A model generated the notes under the pieces. The model was not told where the DNA came from and did not search any database. It saw nothing but the letters and a program-made list of their open reading frames with translations. 64,000 nt of DNA from Mytilus edulis (lineage: Eukaryota), in assembly GCF_963676685.1 (NCBI RefSeq), contig NC_092348.1:37014001-37078000 (forward strand), written 5' to 3'. Position 1 is the stretch's first letter, and each line of letters opens with the position of its first letter. The position numbers and the translations under genes were made by a program. This document shows, piece by piece, positions 13,305 through 26,299 of this stretch.

Positions 13305-16300
13305 ATTGCCTTTAAGTAAAATGGTTTTTTTCATAATTATTAATCATTTATACATAATCTCTAGATAGAATGTAACAATAAAACGTAATAAAAGTTATGT
13401 CCATTTCTATTAAACAGAACATTATCTCCATGGTACGCTCGTTCTGAATTGCAAGGATGTAAAGATTGCTTCAATATTCATACGAGTATTTATTTTTCTT
13501 TATGAAGTTTATGTTACTAGCTATTTCTTTCCTCTTTTTTTACATGTAGCATATACAATAGTAGATCCTTATTTTTTGTGTTAACACGGCGTAAAGACCC
13601 CTTATATATCACAGAAGAAATCGTATTATGAATGCTATCATTCAATCAAAAGCAATATCTATGATTATTGAAGAATTTTTATGTCCATAAACTCGCCCAT
13701 AAATGATTTTATCAAACTGATTTTCAGAAAATGTAATACAATTCTATAAATAGATTTGTGAATCGATTATGTAACACTACGAATTGAAAAGAAATCATGT
13801 GTTATATGATAAAATGGAATTTGTTAATACTAAAGGTAGAGTAGCTTTGTTTTAAACAAATGTATATGTGTTGGTAAAAGAATAATACATTTTTCAAAAC
13901 CTCTTCATACTTTACGATCCACATTCACCTTTAGGATATATGTAATGATAAATAAGAAAATTTTTAATAAAAATTGGTCGCAGAATGATAACGATATATA
14001 GTCTTCCTAATACAAAATGTACCATTGGTTATTTGCTACAAAATCTAAATGTCCGTAACAAAACGTCAATATTGTTCAATTTGGTGAATTATCATGCATT
14101 GACTTCCCTCGTTGTATTTTTACTTATAATTATATATCAGTAAACTTTTAATGATATTTTAAATGGAAAAAATATTTAAAGGAAAGGAATAAATAGACTG
14201 CAATTAGGTTATGTCCATAATCACGTATAACTCCCTGAAATAATTTAGATATTTCAAGACTAAATTATTCGAGCACTTATTAATTTCTTAATATTATTAT
14301 TGATTGATATATTTCATTTAACTTTTAGCATTTTGAAATATTTAGAATATTGTACTTTTGAATAAAATAACTCATATTGTAATTTTCAAAATGACATATG
14401 ATTATTTACTTAATCTCGTGTGCTGTTCAAAACTCCTGAGTAAATCCTCGTTTTGTTGAAAAAGCTTCCAAGTTCGTTGCGAAATCTACGATGAGTCTAT
14501 AATAAAGAATCATTTAATTACTTATTTTCGATAATGTGATAGAACAGGGATAGTAACAACAATCACGTAGGTCCAACATCTGATCATAAACAATTTGAAA
14601 GACGATTGAAAGGTTAAATACTAATATTTGTTAGTAAGTAAAACCCTCTTTAATGTATAATGATGTTAGTCAATGTTCCAATATTCTTCGGTTGTGATTT
14701 ATTGTATACATACAAACAAATGGAAATTGTTCTTGACTCACAACCGACACCTATCCATAACAATTTTCCGCCACTGCAGCTTTTTCAACAGAATAATGTA
14801 TTAATACTATAAAAGACGCACCAATTGTATAAAGTAGTGTTCTTATTTAAGTTTCTTATACATTGTTCTTACATAAAATAATAGCGGTTCATTTGAAAAT
14901 ATTTCATGAAGTGCCTGGCATTTTTTTCAGTTAATAAATCTATGGTAAACTGACATGATTTAAGCTTTAGAAAAAAGGTCCAAATACACCAGCACCATTT
15001 TTACGATTTTGGCAACAGTATCCACAGTAGCAGGGGTCAAGAAAGATTTTTGAAATTATATGACATGCCTGATAAAAAAAAATTCACTCTAATGCACTAT
15101 ATGATATGATATTATATTATTGTTGGAGGCCGTATGATGAGACTTATAGTTGATCACATCCACGAAGATAGTTGTCTCATGAGAAATCATACCGTACCCA
15201 GTCTGTTTCTTTAACATTTACACAACATATGTTTAGGTATTTCCTTCCGTCGCCTATTAAAACGGTTTAAGAATTAGGAATGTTCTGAAGCTAAAATTGA
15301 GTTTTTTTTTTCACTAGAAGCACTTGCATTGTGTTCATTCTGTTTGAATATATACAAATATCTGTTAGACATTAGATAAGAAAGTAATGAATTAGACAAA
15401 CTTATAATTCTTACCTGTACATGTATGTCAGCTTATCGAATGTAGCATTGCCTATAAGAAATATTCTACGCCGCAAATGGTTTTAATTACAATATCAGAA
15501 AAGTTCCAACTATAAATAGCTTGTTTTCTAAAAATACGTAGCGGATTTTTCGTTTCCTTATATAGTTGTAGATAACATACAATGTTCGGGAAAATACCCA
15601 AAAAAAAATAGAAGGAAAAGAGTGAAATAAATATATTACTTTTAATAGTACGTATTTTTGGCATTTCATAGACAAATTTTAAATCTAAAACTGGTATTGC
15701 CTACATTTGACATGTGAAAATAAAATAATATAATGCCTTAACGATTGTCTGTAAAGTCATGCAAACAGTGACAACCGAAAGTAATTTTTTAGTATTTCAA
15801 GGATCAACTTTACAAATAAGAGTTACAAAAAGAAATATATGGTTATCTGAAAAAATGTTAATAGTCTTATTAAGCCCCATTGTTAATAACATAACAGTTA
15901 CCAAATCAGGTATATAAAAGGCTCTGAATATATCAAGCGTACAATCACGGACCAACACAGTCGGAACAAAAGACAAACATCGACGTAATAAAAACATTAG
16001 TAAATATATAGGTATATGTTTGTATGCTCATATAAAACTTGTTTCTCGAAGGCTTGCACAACAATAGCTTAGTTGACGAGCAAACGTAACGTTACATCAT
16101 AATCGAAACCAGGATAATGTTTAAATTAAACTATTTATATCAATGCAAAAGATTGTGATTACCGGGATATTTTGTTCATATTAGATTGGGAAGGTTTAAT
16201 AAATGATGATATGTGCCTAAATACATTGTAGTTCTATTTTGGTATGATTTTAGGTTTAGCTTTGTGCCATGGTATTTTTGTTTTGTATTTGTTTTTGTTT

Positions 16301-16954
16301 TTTTGTATTCTTCAATTTTTTTCATTCCCCTTTACTATCTATCATCTTCCTTTTGATTTTGTAGCACTTGTTTCTCTTGACTTCTTATTTGTATTGTTTG
16401 TTTATTTCCCTCCAGATAGTGAGTTTGATACCCCTTTTAGTTTATACACTGTAACCTCGATGAAAAGTATTTATTATTTACTTCATTCATAATACAGTAA
16501 CGGTGTACAAAATTTCCATGCATTATAAACAAATCCCGCATACAAATTTTACATTTTATAAACATATATAAGACGAACAATGAATTAAAACCTGGTTATT
16601 CATGAAAATATATAAAACGATGAACCGAGCAGATGAACAAACTTATTCTATTATTTATAAATTCATGCACGTATGTAGTTTTTAGTAAAACCAGGTATCA
16701 ATGTCCATGATGTCATGAATATATATTTTAATCAGCTTTTTGAAAACTCAAAAGTGAAAGTAGAATTTAAAAGAAGTACTTTTATCTAATGTTCACTTAA
16801 TGTGTACTACAGTACATGCTAGTTATACGATATAAATAAAAAGAGGACATTTGAATAAGGGTAATGATTAATGAAACAAAATCCTTACGATACACTGACA
16901 GAGGCAAACAAAACAGTGCTCTACTTGATGTTTGTCTTATTTCACAGTCATAGT

Positions 16955-17900
16955 AGTTCAAACACAGCAAACGAATGGATTACAGCTGTCATATTCCGAA
17001 CTTGGTACATACATTTTTATATGTAGAAAATGGTGGATTGAACCTGGTTTAATAGCTAGCTAATCGCTCACTTTTATGGCAGTCGCATAAAATTCCATTA
17101 TTTTGACAACGATGCGTGAACAAAACAAACAGACACAATAGGAAAAAATGTCAAAAGTAGGGGTACAGCAGTCACCATTGCGTTATAAACTTTATCTTTT
17201 TAAAAACAAACAATTGTAACAAAGAAGCACAAAATTCATACATCAAATTTAAAAACTCATCTATTGCTTTTTTTATTATACGAATTTATTTATATCTATG
17301 TAAAATATCCACCGATAAAAGATTGAACGATTTTAAGCACTGGGATCAGAACCTTACCCTGACAGGTACATAATGAGATTAACATTTACTCTGAAGTAGA
17401 ATGGCGGTTAATAATATTGCTAAAACGACAACACTAAGAGACAGAAATACAGTACAAACAAACTCAAGAACACTCAACACAGAGAAACGCAATAATAAAT
17501 GATATAATACTTGTTACAACATGTAAACCGCAGAATAACTAGGAACCTTTTCCTTTAACGTTGGACAGTACGACGTCAGAATAGGTAACTAAAGAAACAA
17601 AGCGAAATGATAGTGATACATACATTAACAGTTACTGACATGCCAGCTCCAGACATCAATTTACACTGATTGAAAGATTATTTCTTCATCATATGAAAAT
17701 CGAGCACACCCCCTCCCGTTAGGGGTTTAGTATCATACCGCCAAAAAACATATGAGAAGAATATAACCCGTATCATGCGAACAACTGGTTGTAGTATACA
17801 TGTGTTTATTTCCGATGCAAAGACACTATGAGTGAATCAGAATCATTGTTAAAACATAAATATACCACCTTCAATGACTTGACAACAATATCGCTCAACT
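16955..17900 (-). mobile_element. Dispersed retroelement-derived repeat (family B 3' region plus common tail)
   Basis: The reverse complement matches 26800-26940 and the repeat at 25490-25825. Confidence 0.65.
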
Positions 17901-18129
17901 ATAGAGTATCAAATACAGCCAAAATCACAACTTCAACTTTTGTTTTATCTGTAATGATCTTTAACTTAAGTGATAATTATGTTTCACGATTTAGTTTACA
18001 TTTACGCTTATTACGAGATCAAACAGAGTTTAATAGAGAGTTTTCAAAGACTCGTGTCAAAAATAAAAGCATTGAATCAACTTTCTTTCATGGTCAGGTC
18101 TATGTTGCACAGTATTTAGTTGTCTATAA

Positions 18130-18193
18130 ATTGTTTTGTTTTGTTTTTGTTTGTCTTTTGTTTGTTTGTTTGTTTGTTTGTTTGTTTGTTGTT
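18130..18193. repeat. (TTTG)n microsatellite
   Basis: Directly visible. Confidence 0.9.
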
Positions 18194-18914
18194 TCTATGC
18201 GTTCTCCTCTACAACTTGATCTGGCTAAATAATAATACAAATATGATATGTAAACAGTAGCTTTATTTATAATAAATAATACAACCCAAACATATACAAT
18301 TGTGTTACACCCCCACCCCCCCCCCCCCACTAAACATGCTAAATACCACAAATAAAACAGATTAAATGTAGTTTCTTGTTATATTATCACACAGTGTAGC
18401 AAGAACATCAAAAACGTTTATAGTATTAACATGTGTATGTGTAAGTCTATACTAAGTCACATGAAGTTTACAGTTTATTTTAGATTTATGTGTTTGACTG
18501 TCCCTTTGGTATCTTTCGACCCTCTTTTACAAGTGCAAATACAATGTCATCGTTAACAATTTAACAACCCATCAGAGCTTTGATAATGAATATGATGAAA
18601 TCATACAATGAACACATGAAAAGTTTTGATTAATATAGTAAACAGACTTTTTTTTACAAAATATATATACGCAATTGTTATAGGGCTTTGCGTTTTGAAT
18701 TTCCTTAGAGATTTTTTACAAAATATTCACGATATTTACTACTTAATAAACTTGTTTTAACAATTTTTATTCTTTTTTTCTACATTTTACATTTTCTATT
18801 TTTTAATTATAAATTATAAATATATATACATGCTGATATACAAAAATGAAACTTAACAATCAGATAAATAAAAAAGACTTAATACATGTGATTAAAAAAT
18901 AATAGGGAATGCTT

Positions 18915-19805
18915 TTATCCACCGTTGTGTCTTGGTGGCCTTGATGGAATGCACATTTCTGTCTTCGTTGGCGCAGGACAGTAACTCTGAGTAGCTGGTC
19001 TGGTTACTGTTAGTGTTGCACATCTTCCGGGAAGTGTCGAGGCTGTCATCATTTCAGTCTTACATAGCTGCATTTCTTTTGATGCAACAAAGTAGTCCGT
19101 TTCTTGGTTAATACCTGCAACCGACTTACACTTATGCAGTTTAAGTTGTCGGAGTCGACGTCCAGGACGATTTACATTGTCAGTCATTTCATCCATGTAG
19201 CCCATTTCCCTAAAAAATGGTTTGATATCTTCAACTTGCTTTTGGACAAGTGTATTATGTTCACTCAGGAGCTTTTGTATCTGTTGAATTGGCAAATTAA
19301 AGTCGCCTCCAATCAGGATTTCCACTCCAGAAATCCAACCAAGATATTGCGCCAACCATAAGTAACGAAACGCAAACTGGTAGAGTTCCTGTGTTGTTGT
19401 TTGAGTCAGCTCCCAATGCCAGCTTATACAATGAAACTGCTTAACAACATGTTGTGTAGGTTTAGGAGCCAGGATGTCAACTAAGGGATACATCAGTTTG
19501 CCTTGTGCGATGCCAGGAACCACTAAAGATGGTATCAGATCGTACCAATTTGGTGTTTGCAGTTGTAGTCTCTTAGTATCGTACAAAAGAACAGTCTCGT
19601 GGTTGTGATGGACTTGTGTTTGACGATAATCTTTTAAAACAGGTGACGACATATCAGGATCGTCTCCCGGCAAAAACAATATATCGGGTTCGTTGTCTCC
19701 GATTATATCGTCAAGATAAGACTTTCGATAGTTCTGGTATTGTCTTCCCTTTCTCCCAGAAGCATTCATACTAACGATTGTAAGTCTGTCTGTGTCTCGT
19801 CCCAT
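18915..19805 (-). CDS. EEP/DNase I-like fold protein with C-terminal GG tail, paralogue 3 (296 aa)
   Basis: Same length and motifs as paralogue 1. A candidate splice acceptor (ttacag) lies 9 nt upstream of the ATG. Confidence 0.87.
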   Translation of the reverse strand: MGRDTDRLTIVSMNASGRKGRQYQNYRKSYLDDIIGDNEPDILFLPGDDPDMSSPVLKDYRQTQVHHNHETVLLYDTKRLQLQTPNWYDLIPSLVVPGIAQGKLMYPLVDILAPKPTQHVVKQFHCISWHWELTQTTTQELYQFAFRYLWLAQYLGWISGVEILIGGDFNLPIQQIQKLLSEHNTLVQKQVEDIKPFFREMGYMDEMTDNVNRPGRRLRQLKLHKCKSVAGINQETDYFVASKEMQLCKTEMMTASTLPGRCATLTVTRPATQSYCPAPTKTEMCIPSRPPRHNGG

Positions 19806-20860
19806 ATTTAATTTCTGTAATTAATTTGAAAATATCATGTAAATGACAACTTTAATGTAAATTTGATACTTGATGCATAGATCAACTAAAATCATGAAAA
19901 TATACACCAAGAAAAAGTTTGTGTCTGTTAACGCGTCCATAAATTGATAGAATTAATTTTCAGAAAATATACACTTATCTAAAAATAAACCTGAGATCGA
20001 TTACATAACTTTAAACACAAAATAGTTAATAGATATGTTGCGCATGTATCTGGATGTATTTACAATAGGCTGTCGGTATGGTTAAAATACTTTTTGATGT
20101 TATTCAATTTAATTTTTGTTTTCTTCTCCACGCACCAGGGCTCTCTCCTTTGAGAACTCATACGATTCCTGCTGGTTTCGTCTTTTATCTTTATTTTTGT
20201 CTGTTTACTCATGTTACTCTTGTTAATGAAATAATGATATTTTAACATTGGTTAACTGTACGAATGTATGTTGGTTTATTTTTTACATATGAGACATGAA
20301 ATGAGATAATAACAATTTACTACTTACTTTTCTGACCTTCTTTATATTGTTGTTCTTTTAATTCCTTTATTTGATTTGAAAGTTACGCAATTTCTGAAAA
20401 AAAGAAAATTCTTTATTTTACAAAGTTTTTACATGAATATATTTTTTTATTTTCTTGCAGTCCATTTTTTATCGATTTCTTGTTTGTGAACACACGTACG
20501 ATTTAACTTTTACTTTCACTATCATCAAAACGATTGTTTGAAAACTACTGTCATAAATGCACATATTTCATATATTTGTAAGAAAATACAACGTAAGAAT
20601 ATATAGTTTAGTAAGGCATTATGTTCTTATAAAGTGATATGATTTGTTACCAATTCTATAAATAGATATCACTATTTAGTAATAAATATTATTGCATAGC
20701 AATATAATATTTCCCACAGAAAGAAACCAAAGGTTAGCGTGCAATAAATTATATTATTGCACTAGTGCAATAAATCTTCAAAAATTCATGACGTCATCAA
20801 CGACAAAATCTTAGCTTAAACCAATTTTTACTTTCAAATATTATATTGCTATACAATAAA

Positions 20861-20984
20861 AGGGTTTTGCATGAATATTGGGAAATATTGTCCCTCGTAG
20901 AACATATATATATTGCACTCGCAAGCTCGTGCAATATAAAATTCTACTCGGGACAATATTCCCCAATATTCATGCAATAACCCT
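20861..20984. repeat. Long hairpin palindrome, part of a likely non-autonomous element (~20690-20987)
   Basis: agggttttgcatgaatattgggaaatattgtccc ... gggacaatattccccaatattcatgcaataaccct, with inner arms tatattgcac/gtgcaatata. Confidence 0.7.
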
Positions 20985-22893
20985 ATATCATAAAATTTAC
21001 ATTACAAAACGAATATAAGAATATGCTCACAAACATGCAACCAAGTGCAACGATTACGTAATGCTTTTTGTTTAACATGTCTAATTATGTTAATAAAATG
21101 CTGGTTTCATTATTTAAAAAAAAAAGTCGAAATCTTATAGAAAGATACACATTTGTTACACTTTTTTATCGTTGACTTTATTTTTATCATTTCTTGTATG
21201 CAGTGATATACTATTCCTTTTTTAATCATTTATTATCAATATTTCTATAACTTGTATATTTTGTGTTTTTGATAATCAACACATTTTATAGTAAAGTATT
21301 TTGTTTTATATGTTTGTAATACATTCTGAATCATTGTTACTTTGCATCGAAAAATTATTACAAGACCAAAGAAATATCTTTTTATACTATTTGAACTAGA
21401 TACTATTAACAAACGTTGCATGGAATTTTACTCAATCTATATACTTTTAGCTCAGACAGTAACATGAGTAAAGATACTAGTAATGTAAAATTTGAAACAC
21501 TAACCTGTAGTTCTGTCGTCGAATGCACAACTGCAATACTTAATAATGTGCGCAGTTATTAAATGTAATAACTGAAAACTTTCAGATGAATTTAGAATTC
21601 GATCATGAGCCTGAAATAGATTTGGGATTTTCCACATAATTATTTTATATAAAAATAGCTTTCGAGTTGATAAAACTCAAAACATCAATATACCAAATCA
21701 TTTACGATGTGATAATAATTTATAGATATGTGGATTTCGTATGTGCATTACAGTCAATTAGCGCTTAAACTGTTCCGGTAAAATTACATGCAATTAGCAT
21801 TCAACTATTAAGCATTCAGCGTTCCTTATGAAGATAAATCTACACAATCACTTTAGAAGCATGAGCTAATAACGTGGTGTTAAAAAAATTTGTACGAACT
21901 GATCGATGTAATTATGATTGATCCTTTGGTAGGGTTTATATTCAATAAAGTTAAAACTATTAGTACAGATTCGTCAAAAAAAATAATAATTTAATATTGA
22001 AATAAAAATATTTTTTTTATTAAACTTGTAATAGATAGAGGATCATAAAGGCAACAGTAGTATACAGCTGTTCGAAATTCATAAATCGATTGCGACAAAA
22101 AACAAATCCGGGTTACAAACTAAAATTGAGGAAAACAAATCATATATAGAACGTTTTATTAGTGTATTTAGTTTTCACCATCTTTATTGTAAAATGTAGT
22201 TAGATTTTGAAATTGAATGCATACAATGTGTCTTTATTAGTGTCCGTGTTGCATTTGTTTCAACGTTTACACTTGTTTGGAAGTTAAACACGACCTTTCC
22301 CTGATTTGAATTTTAATCATAAAAAAGTAAGCATACCATGTAGGTTATGCACGTCATGTATTTAAACATTACTGTCTTTGTTATATATAATTCATTCAAT
22401 TTTTTGGCACATATTTATAATACGTGCATGCCTCACAGACTTTTCAAAAACTTGATGAAAGTGAAAGTGAAAGTTAAATCGAGAGTTAACAAACAGTGCA
22501 TAAGTTGACATCATTTTGAATAGGATTCATACAATTATAATTAAATTCAAAACAGTAAATATGAATATAAGCATGATAGGAGGGAGTGTGTATGATTTTC
22601 ATATTACGAAGACATACTTTATCAGCATGATCAATCACTTTATTTTAGGTCTGAAGCTGGAATGTCCGAAACTGCTAGTTGTTCTTTGTTAACGTATTTA
22701 TCATTGTCATTCTGCTTTGCTTTTTTCCGTTAACCATACATCGGAATTTTAAACTGTTTTATTGCGCAAACTGCTGTGTGTAATGTTTTTTTTCTAAATT
22801 GGTTTCTGAGGTAGAACTAGATATCTCACAAAACCTGCTTAATCCCATCGCATTTTATACCTGTCCCAAGTAGGGAACCTCTGACCTTAAGTA

Positions 22894-23650
22894 TCTATGA
22901 TACTAAAATTACGAGGTCCAATTTGTCAGCCGTCATCACGTAAAAACGACGAATCAAAGAATTCAACTTTATATATAACTAATATAGTACTAAGGTGTAG
23001 ATTAAAAATGACACCACTCCAGGCCCTTTTGTTTTCCACGTAATTAACATTGCCAATAATTAAGAAGTTCCGGGTCGAGTCCGATACCGATACCAATAGT
23101 ATATTCACCTGTTACCTATTACCTTATCTGTACGTTCCGCATCTGACAGGCGCACCAACAAACGGTGTATTCAGGATTAATATGCTATATACACGGGTCA
23201 TAATCACAGGGTTGACACTACTAAATTGTCGATTAATTACCTATTGTAGTATTTTAATCAGTAAGACTTTCTAAGATAACAATTCGAATACTAAAAATCT
23301 GGACTAAAAATAAGGCGTATAGGTACAGTTTTCAATTTGTTAGCGGGCATGACGTAAAACAGCGAATCAAAGACTTCAACTTTATCTATAACTAATATAG
23401 GACAATGCTGTTGATTAAAAAATACTCCATTCCAGGACCTTTTCTTTCCAAATAATTAATTTTACCAATAATTGATAAGTTCCAGTTCGACGGATTCAAA
23501 CAGAAAGATTTGAAAGCAGAGAAAACTGTGTATCTTATAACCGGTTTGACTTTATAAGATGACAATACTAATACTAAAATAAGGCTTACGCATAGTTAGT
23601 TATATACTTTAATTCAGTCACGGACCCGCGATATCACGGGTGTGTTCTAG
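22894..23650 (+). mobile_element. Non-autonomous Helitron
   Basis: A|TCTATGATACTAAAA 5' end. 3' hairpin cccgcgatatcacggg followed by CTAG|T. Inserted between A and T with no TSD. Internal direct duplication (~22900-23080 vs ~23290-23490). Confidence 0.8.
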
Positions 23651-24068
23651 TATTTCTAATTACTTTACTTTCTAATGGAATCAAAAGCATTCACATCATT
23701 CAAAGTTAAATCACAAAGTACTGAAATCCAAAGGAAATTTAAAACGGAAAGTCTCTAATCAAATGGCAAAGTAAAAAGCTCAAACATATTAAACGAAATG
23801 ATAACACCTGTTATATTTCTGATTTGGTATAGGCATTATCTAATGCAGAAAATGATGGATTAAACCGAGTGTTAAAGCTAGCTAAACCTTTCACTTGTAT
23901 GACATTCGCATCAAATTCCATTATATTGACAACAATGTGTGATAGAAACACACAGACAAAATAGGTAAAAATGTCAATATAGGGATAAAGCAGTCGACAA
24001 AAATACCCAAAATATAATATCTTTGAAGAATTTTAAATAGTTTTTTTTCTAAAATAATCAAAAGTGTC

Positions 24069-24446
24069 AAAGCGATTCGGACGCAAGAAATTATTAAACG
24101 TCATGTTTTCAATTTTATACTCAACTAGGTCGATACCTCTGATGGTGGACTATCAGTCCCCGAGGGTATCATCATCTCAGTAGTCAGTACTTCGGTACTG
24201 ACATGATTTAACAAACGTTACTAAATTTTGAAATTTTTAAGAAACTAAGGTTTCAACTCCCTTAGGCAAAGTTGGCTTTATTTGAATTTGGCTATTTATT
24301 TTAGGTATTTTTGACATATAGCTCTTCGACGGTTTCGGTACTTATACATCTGCGGATTTCAAATGTTTGCTTTGAGCGTTCCTGATGAAGGTAAATCCAG
24401 AAAAGCGCTTCGGATGCAAGAAATTATTAAACGTGTTGTTTTCAAT
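24069..24446 (+). mobile_element. Retrozyme-like unit (333-nt period) bounded by hammerhead-ribozyme repeats
   Basis: Terminal direct repeat aaagcg(a/c)ttcgga(c/t)gcaagaaattattaaacgt at 24069 and 24402. A full hammerhead-like motif sits at the 3' copy. Internal hairpins are present. Confidence 0.65.
24376..24417 (+). ncRNA. Type I minimal hammerhead ribozyme-like motif
   Basis: Stem I gcgttc/ggatgc; core CTGATGA (24382-24388); short stem II (gg/cc, atypical A.A closing pair); GAAA (24400-24403); palindromic stem III agcgct; UC cleavage site ending at 24411. Confidence 0.6.
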
Positions 24447-25489
24447 TCTGTACACATACGCTGTTTCTCATGAACAATGTTGTATTTGCAATGTATCATT
24501 TATTTCCGCTTGCATTATAAATCAAACTACTAGTTACATAGTGGGTTAGTGACCTGATATAAATACGGGGTCAGTAAATTCCATATGAAGTGGAAGCCCT
24601 ACATCCCTACTAACCTAATATGGAATATACACGGTCTCCATGCGGACGCTATTAACCAATCATATAGGCCCAAGCCCATAATTAATGACCCCGCTTTTCG
24701 TTGTTCACGTATATAGTTCTCTTTAATTATAGTGGGTTTTTTTTCTTTCCCTTTCTCATACATTTCTTAGTTTTTCGTAGATGGAAATGAAAGAAGAGAG
24801 CTTAAATAAACTTTTGGATGTTTTATTTTTACTGATTTTGATGAGGAAAGAGTGATTAGGCCAAGTGCAAAAAGATAATATTTACACTTTTCGAAATATC
24901 TCTTGACTTGCCTTTAAGGCTATAGATGTGTATTGGTCAAATTTGTATGATGTAAACATGCAATGTGTCTGAAAATTGCATATATTTTGGGACTTGTACT
25001 GTACATTACACTCACAAAAAATTAGACAAAAATAATAGGCAAATTTTCATCAAAATTTAAAAACGGGATCAAAACTGTATCGTTTGCCCTTAAATTCCTT
25101 ATATTCTTATATCTTTTTTACCACATACGTTCATCATTATTATCATTACTCTGTCTCTATTTATTTTTCTTTTCTGCATTATTGATCTAGTTTATAATTA
25201 TGTTGCGATGTCATATTTCGACTTACGATAAAAAGATCTGTGCAGAATTACATAATCTTTAAATTATTTCAGAGCAGTTGAAACTGACTTGTATCGAATC
25301 AGTTTAATGCAAAGTCAAAAACCTAAACGGAAAATTAGATAGGAAATGAATGCATAATGTGGGGTTTCCGGGATGTTTATCTGTAAATCTTTAGTAGTTT
25401 ATTTTTATTTATTCTGACCAGCATCTACTGAGCAAAATAAAATTGTTAAATTTGATGTATGCCCTTTTGTGCTTCTTTCTTATATTTTT

Positions 25490-25825
25490 TTTGTTTTTAT
25501 AGTGGTTAAGATGATAACACAATGTTGACTGTTGTACCCCTATATTTGACATTTTTATCGATTGTGTCAGTTTGTTTTGTTCATGCAACTTTGTCAATAT
25601 ACTGGAATTTGATGCGACTGTCATACAAGTAAGAGGTTAAACTAGCTTTAATACCAGGTTCAATACACCATTTTCTACCTGAAAAAAATGCCTCCACCAA
25701 GTCAGGAATAATATGACAGTGGTTATCCATTCGTTTGATGTGTTTGAGCTTTTGGTTTTGCTATTTAATGAAGGAATTTCCTTTCTGAATTTTTTTCTGA
25801 GTTCAGTTTTTTTGTTATTTTACCT
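25490..25825 (+). repeat. Dispersed SINE-like/retroelement tail repeat; other copies at 23705-24000 (-), 25935-26030 (+), 58430-58652 (+)
   Basis: Shared core gaatttgatgcgactgtcatacaagt..ccaagtcaggaat..ccattcgtttgatgtgtttgagctttt. Confidence 0.75.
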
Positions 25826-26299
25826 TCTTGTGTTATGAAATACTTTTTGAATTCACATTTTACACATTTTTTAAAGTAAATATTGCACAACAAAAGTTAT
25901 CTTAGTTCTGCAGGTTAAAAAAAAAAGAGAAAGTATGATGTGTTTGAGCTTTTAATTTTGCAATTTGATTAGGGACTTTCCTTTTTTACTATTTCTCGGC
26001 ATTCAGTATTTTAGTGATTTTACTTTTTACATACATATTGATCTGTATTTAAATTGCATAAATGAACACAAACACTTGTGTTGTTTGGCTTTATAGTTTA
26101 AGCTTAATTCAAAATAGTTCATGTTATGAAATCAACTGTTTTGTAAAATTGAATTTTTAAATGTAAAATAAGACGAGACAATTGGCATAAATGATAGACT
26201 ATTTCAAATTGATTTATTCTGCCCAACTTTTATAAAGCGTATATTAATAATTAACACTGCCTTTTCCTGGATCTTGATACCTTTATCTTCAACAGGAAG

